A DNA stretch of 64,000 nucleotides. It comes from Leucoraja ocellata. Taxonomy: Eukaryota. The position numbers were made by a program, and so were the translations under genes. Below are positions 62,420 to 64,000 of this stretch, in pieces (position 1 is the stretch's first letter; each line of letters starts with the position of its first letter). The DNA is taken from the NCBI GenBank assembly GCA_036785375.1, contig JAWMAR010000148.1, positions 1,364,001 through 1,428,000 of the forward strand. Reading direction: 5' to 3'. The notes below the pieces were generated by a model. The model was not told where the DNA came from. It worked only from the letters and a program-made list of their open reading frames with translations, and made no database searches.

Positions 62420-62910
62420 AAGATAGCTTTAAAGTGAGAAGGGAAAAGTTTAAAGGAGATGTGCGGGGCAAGCTTTTTACACAGTGCCTGGAACGCGTTG
62501 CCAGGGGTGGTGGTGGAGGCAGATACAATAGTGGTGTTTAAGGGATTTCTGGATAAGCACCTTGAAATGGATTGATATGGATTATACGCAGGAAGATTGG
62601 GATTGGTTTTGGCATCATGTTTGTCCCAAACATTGTGGGCCAAAGGGTCTGTTCCTTGGCTGTACTGTTAAACATAGAAAAATAGGTGCAGGCGCAGGCC
62701 ATTCGGCCCTTCGAGCCAGCACCACAGTTTAATTTGATCAAGGCTGACCATCCAAAATCAGTACCCCGTTCCTGCTTTTCCCCATATCCCTTGATTCTGT
62801 TAGCCCTAAGAGCTAAATCTAACTCTCTCTTGAAAACATCCAGTGAATTGGCCTTCACTGCCTTCTGTGGCAGAAAATGGCACAGATTCACAACTTTCTG
62901 GGTGAAAAAT
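62420..62910. mobile_element. Two CR1 3' ends, tail to tail
   Basis: Plus-strand WNALPGVVVEA tail to about 62668; minus-strand FFTQKVVNL..LPQKAV from about 62670 to 62910. Confidence 0.8.
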
Positions 62911-63772
62911 CTCCAATACACCACCCAGTGTAACTTATATAAGCACCGTTAATGTTATACTAGACCAAGTGGTAACATTCTAGGATGATTCACACAAGTG
63001 TTGTTAAACAAAGTTTGGCACTCTCCACATGACGAGATGACAGAACATATTATTTCCTCCTCATTGTTTCCTTACACCTCCATACTTCTGTGAGCCCACC
63101 ATGATATCAGAAACCATTGCCATAGATGGACAGTAAATCAGTTTACATTCTCGATACAGAAAAGTAGGGCAGTTTGCCCAACAGAATTCACAGCTAGAAT
63201 TGCATGAATATTAATCTTTGCTACTAATCCTAGAGAGTAAAATAACATGTTATTGCTCATTAAGGCGGAGAGTTGCCAAGTGTCTGAATGCACAGCTGTT
63301 AGTGGAGCCTGTGCACTCATTAATTGGGACTGTGTCTGACTCCCAGATCTGCCCACAATCAGAACTCTAATGATTTACAAATCGTTGCTGTTTCAGCTCT
63401 TCTTTTAAGCAATTTTGCAGATCGCTAAAGCAATTATTCACCAAGTTTAAATTTTAAAATGTGCATCTACCAAATTATCCTACTGCTCAAGTTTCAAGTC
63501 AGTATAAATAATTTCCATGGAGCACAAAAGTATTTTTTTCCTTTAAGAAATTTTTATACTAAAAAAAGACTTTACTTTTAGATTAGTTGTTTAAATAAAC
63601 CAATGTAAGAACGGTTTTGATCTAAAACTGGGTAGACATGCAACTGAGGTTAGCCAGTGCTCACAGTGTAAAGTGCTCATTAGCTTTATTTCTTATTCAT
63701 TACAATAGTTTAAAAAAGTCAGTTCCTTGGTCAGTCTGAACTTTTCACAGTGCAGCAGAGACTCCAGGTCCC

Positions 63773-64000
63773 TCAGGAACTGACTGTGCTTCTGAAGGTT
63801 GCCTTGGGAGGCGAGTTGACATCAGAGCTGTACTGTCTGTGACTGCCATGTCGGAAGTTTCTGGGAGCTTTATAATGGGTTCGTCCATCCTCCTCTTCCT
63901 CTTTTGTCATTGAAACAAATCCTGAACGCACTAGGACAGGAAACGGACGCACTTTCAGGCAGTGGTACCTCCTAATGATCCTGAGAGCCCCATAGTTCAC
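63773..64000 (-). CDS. Possible terminal coding exon of an unidentified upstream gene (truncated by the window edge)
   Basis: Only open minus frame, running from the edge to TGA at 63773; GC about 50%, followed by AT-rich UTR-like sequence with AATAAA (63685-63690). No recognisable homology. Confidence 0.4.
   Translation of the reverse strand: MNYGALRIIRRYHCLKVRPFPVLVRSGFVSMTKEEEEDGRTHYKAPRNFRHGSHRQYSSDVNSPPKATFRSTVSS

Noticed and set aside
1-64000. CRISPR arrays, operons and prokaryotic defence systems
   Set aside because: The sequence is intron-containing vertebrate DNA and I saw no regularly spaced repeat-spacer array.

Overview
Vertebrate nuclear DNA, about 40% GC and very repeat-rich. 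The HE1/V-SINE-like, CR1/HER1-like, Rex1 and Penelope-derived repeats point to a cartilaginous fish, probably a skate or ray (inference). The window holds a complete three-exon ABHD17C (protein depalmitoylase) gene on the minus strand: CDS 27233-26773, 21647-21468 and 16245-16026, 286 aa, with a CpG island. Downstream on the same strand are a second CpG island and three exons that splice in frame (10798-10740, 8996-8644, 675-190). They encode the N-terminus of a type II membrane protein with a furin-like site; synteny suggests CEMIP, but the diagnostic domains would lie beyond the left edge. A possible terminal coding exon of another minus-strand gene is cut by the right edge. The rest is mostly decayed transposons: CR1 and L2-like LINEs, Rex1, RTE, V-SINEs, a Tc1 DD34E element, hAT and Tigger-like elements, a Helitron-like element, and many short Penelope-derived inserts carrying a minimal hammerhead-ribozyme-like core. 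Repeat family names and boundaries come from motif recognition by eye and are approximate.
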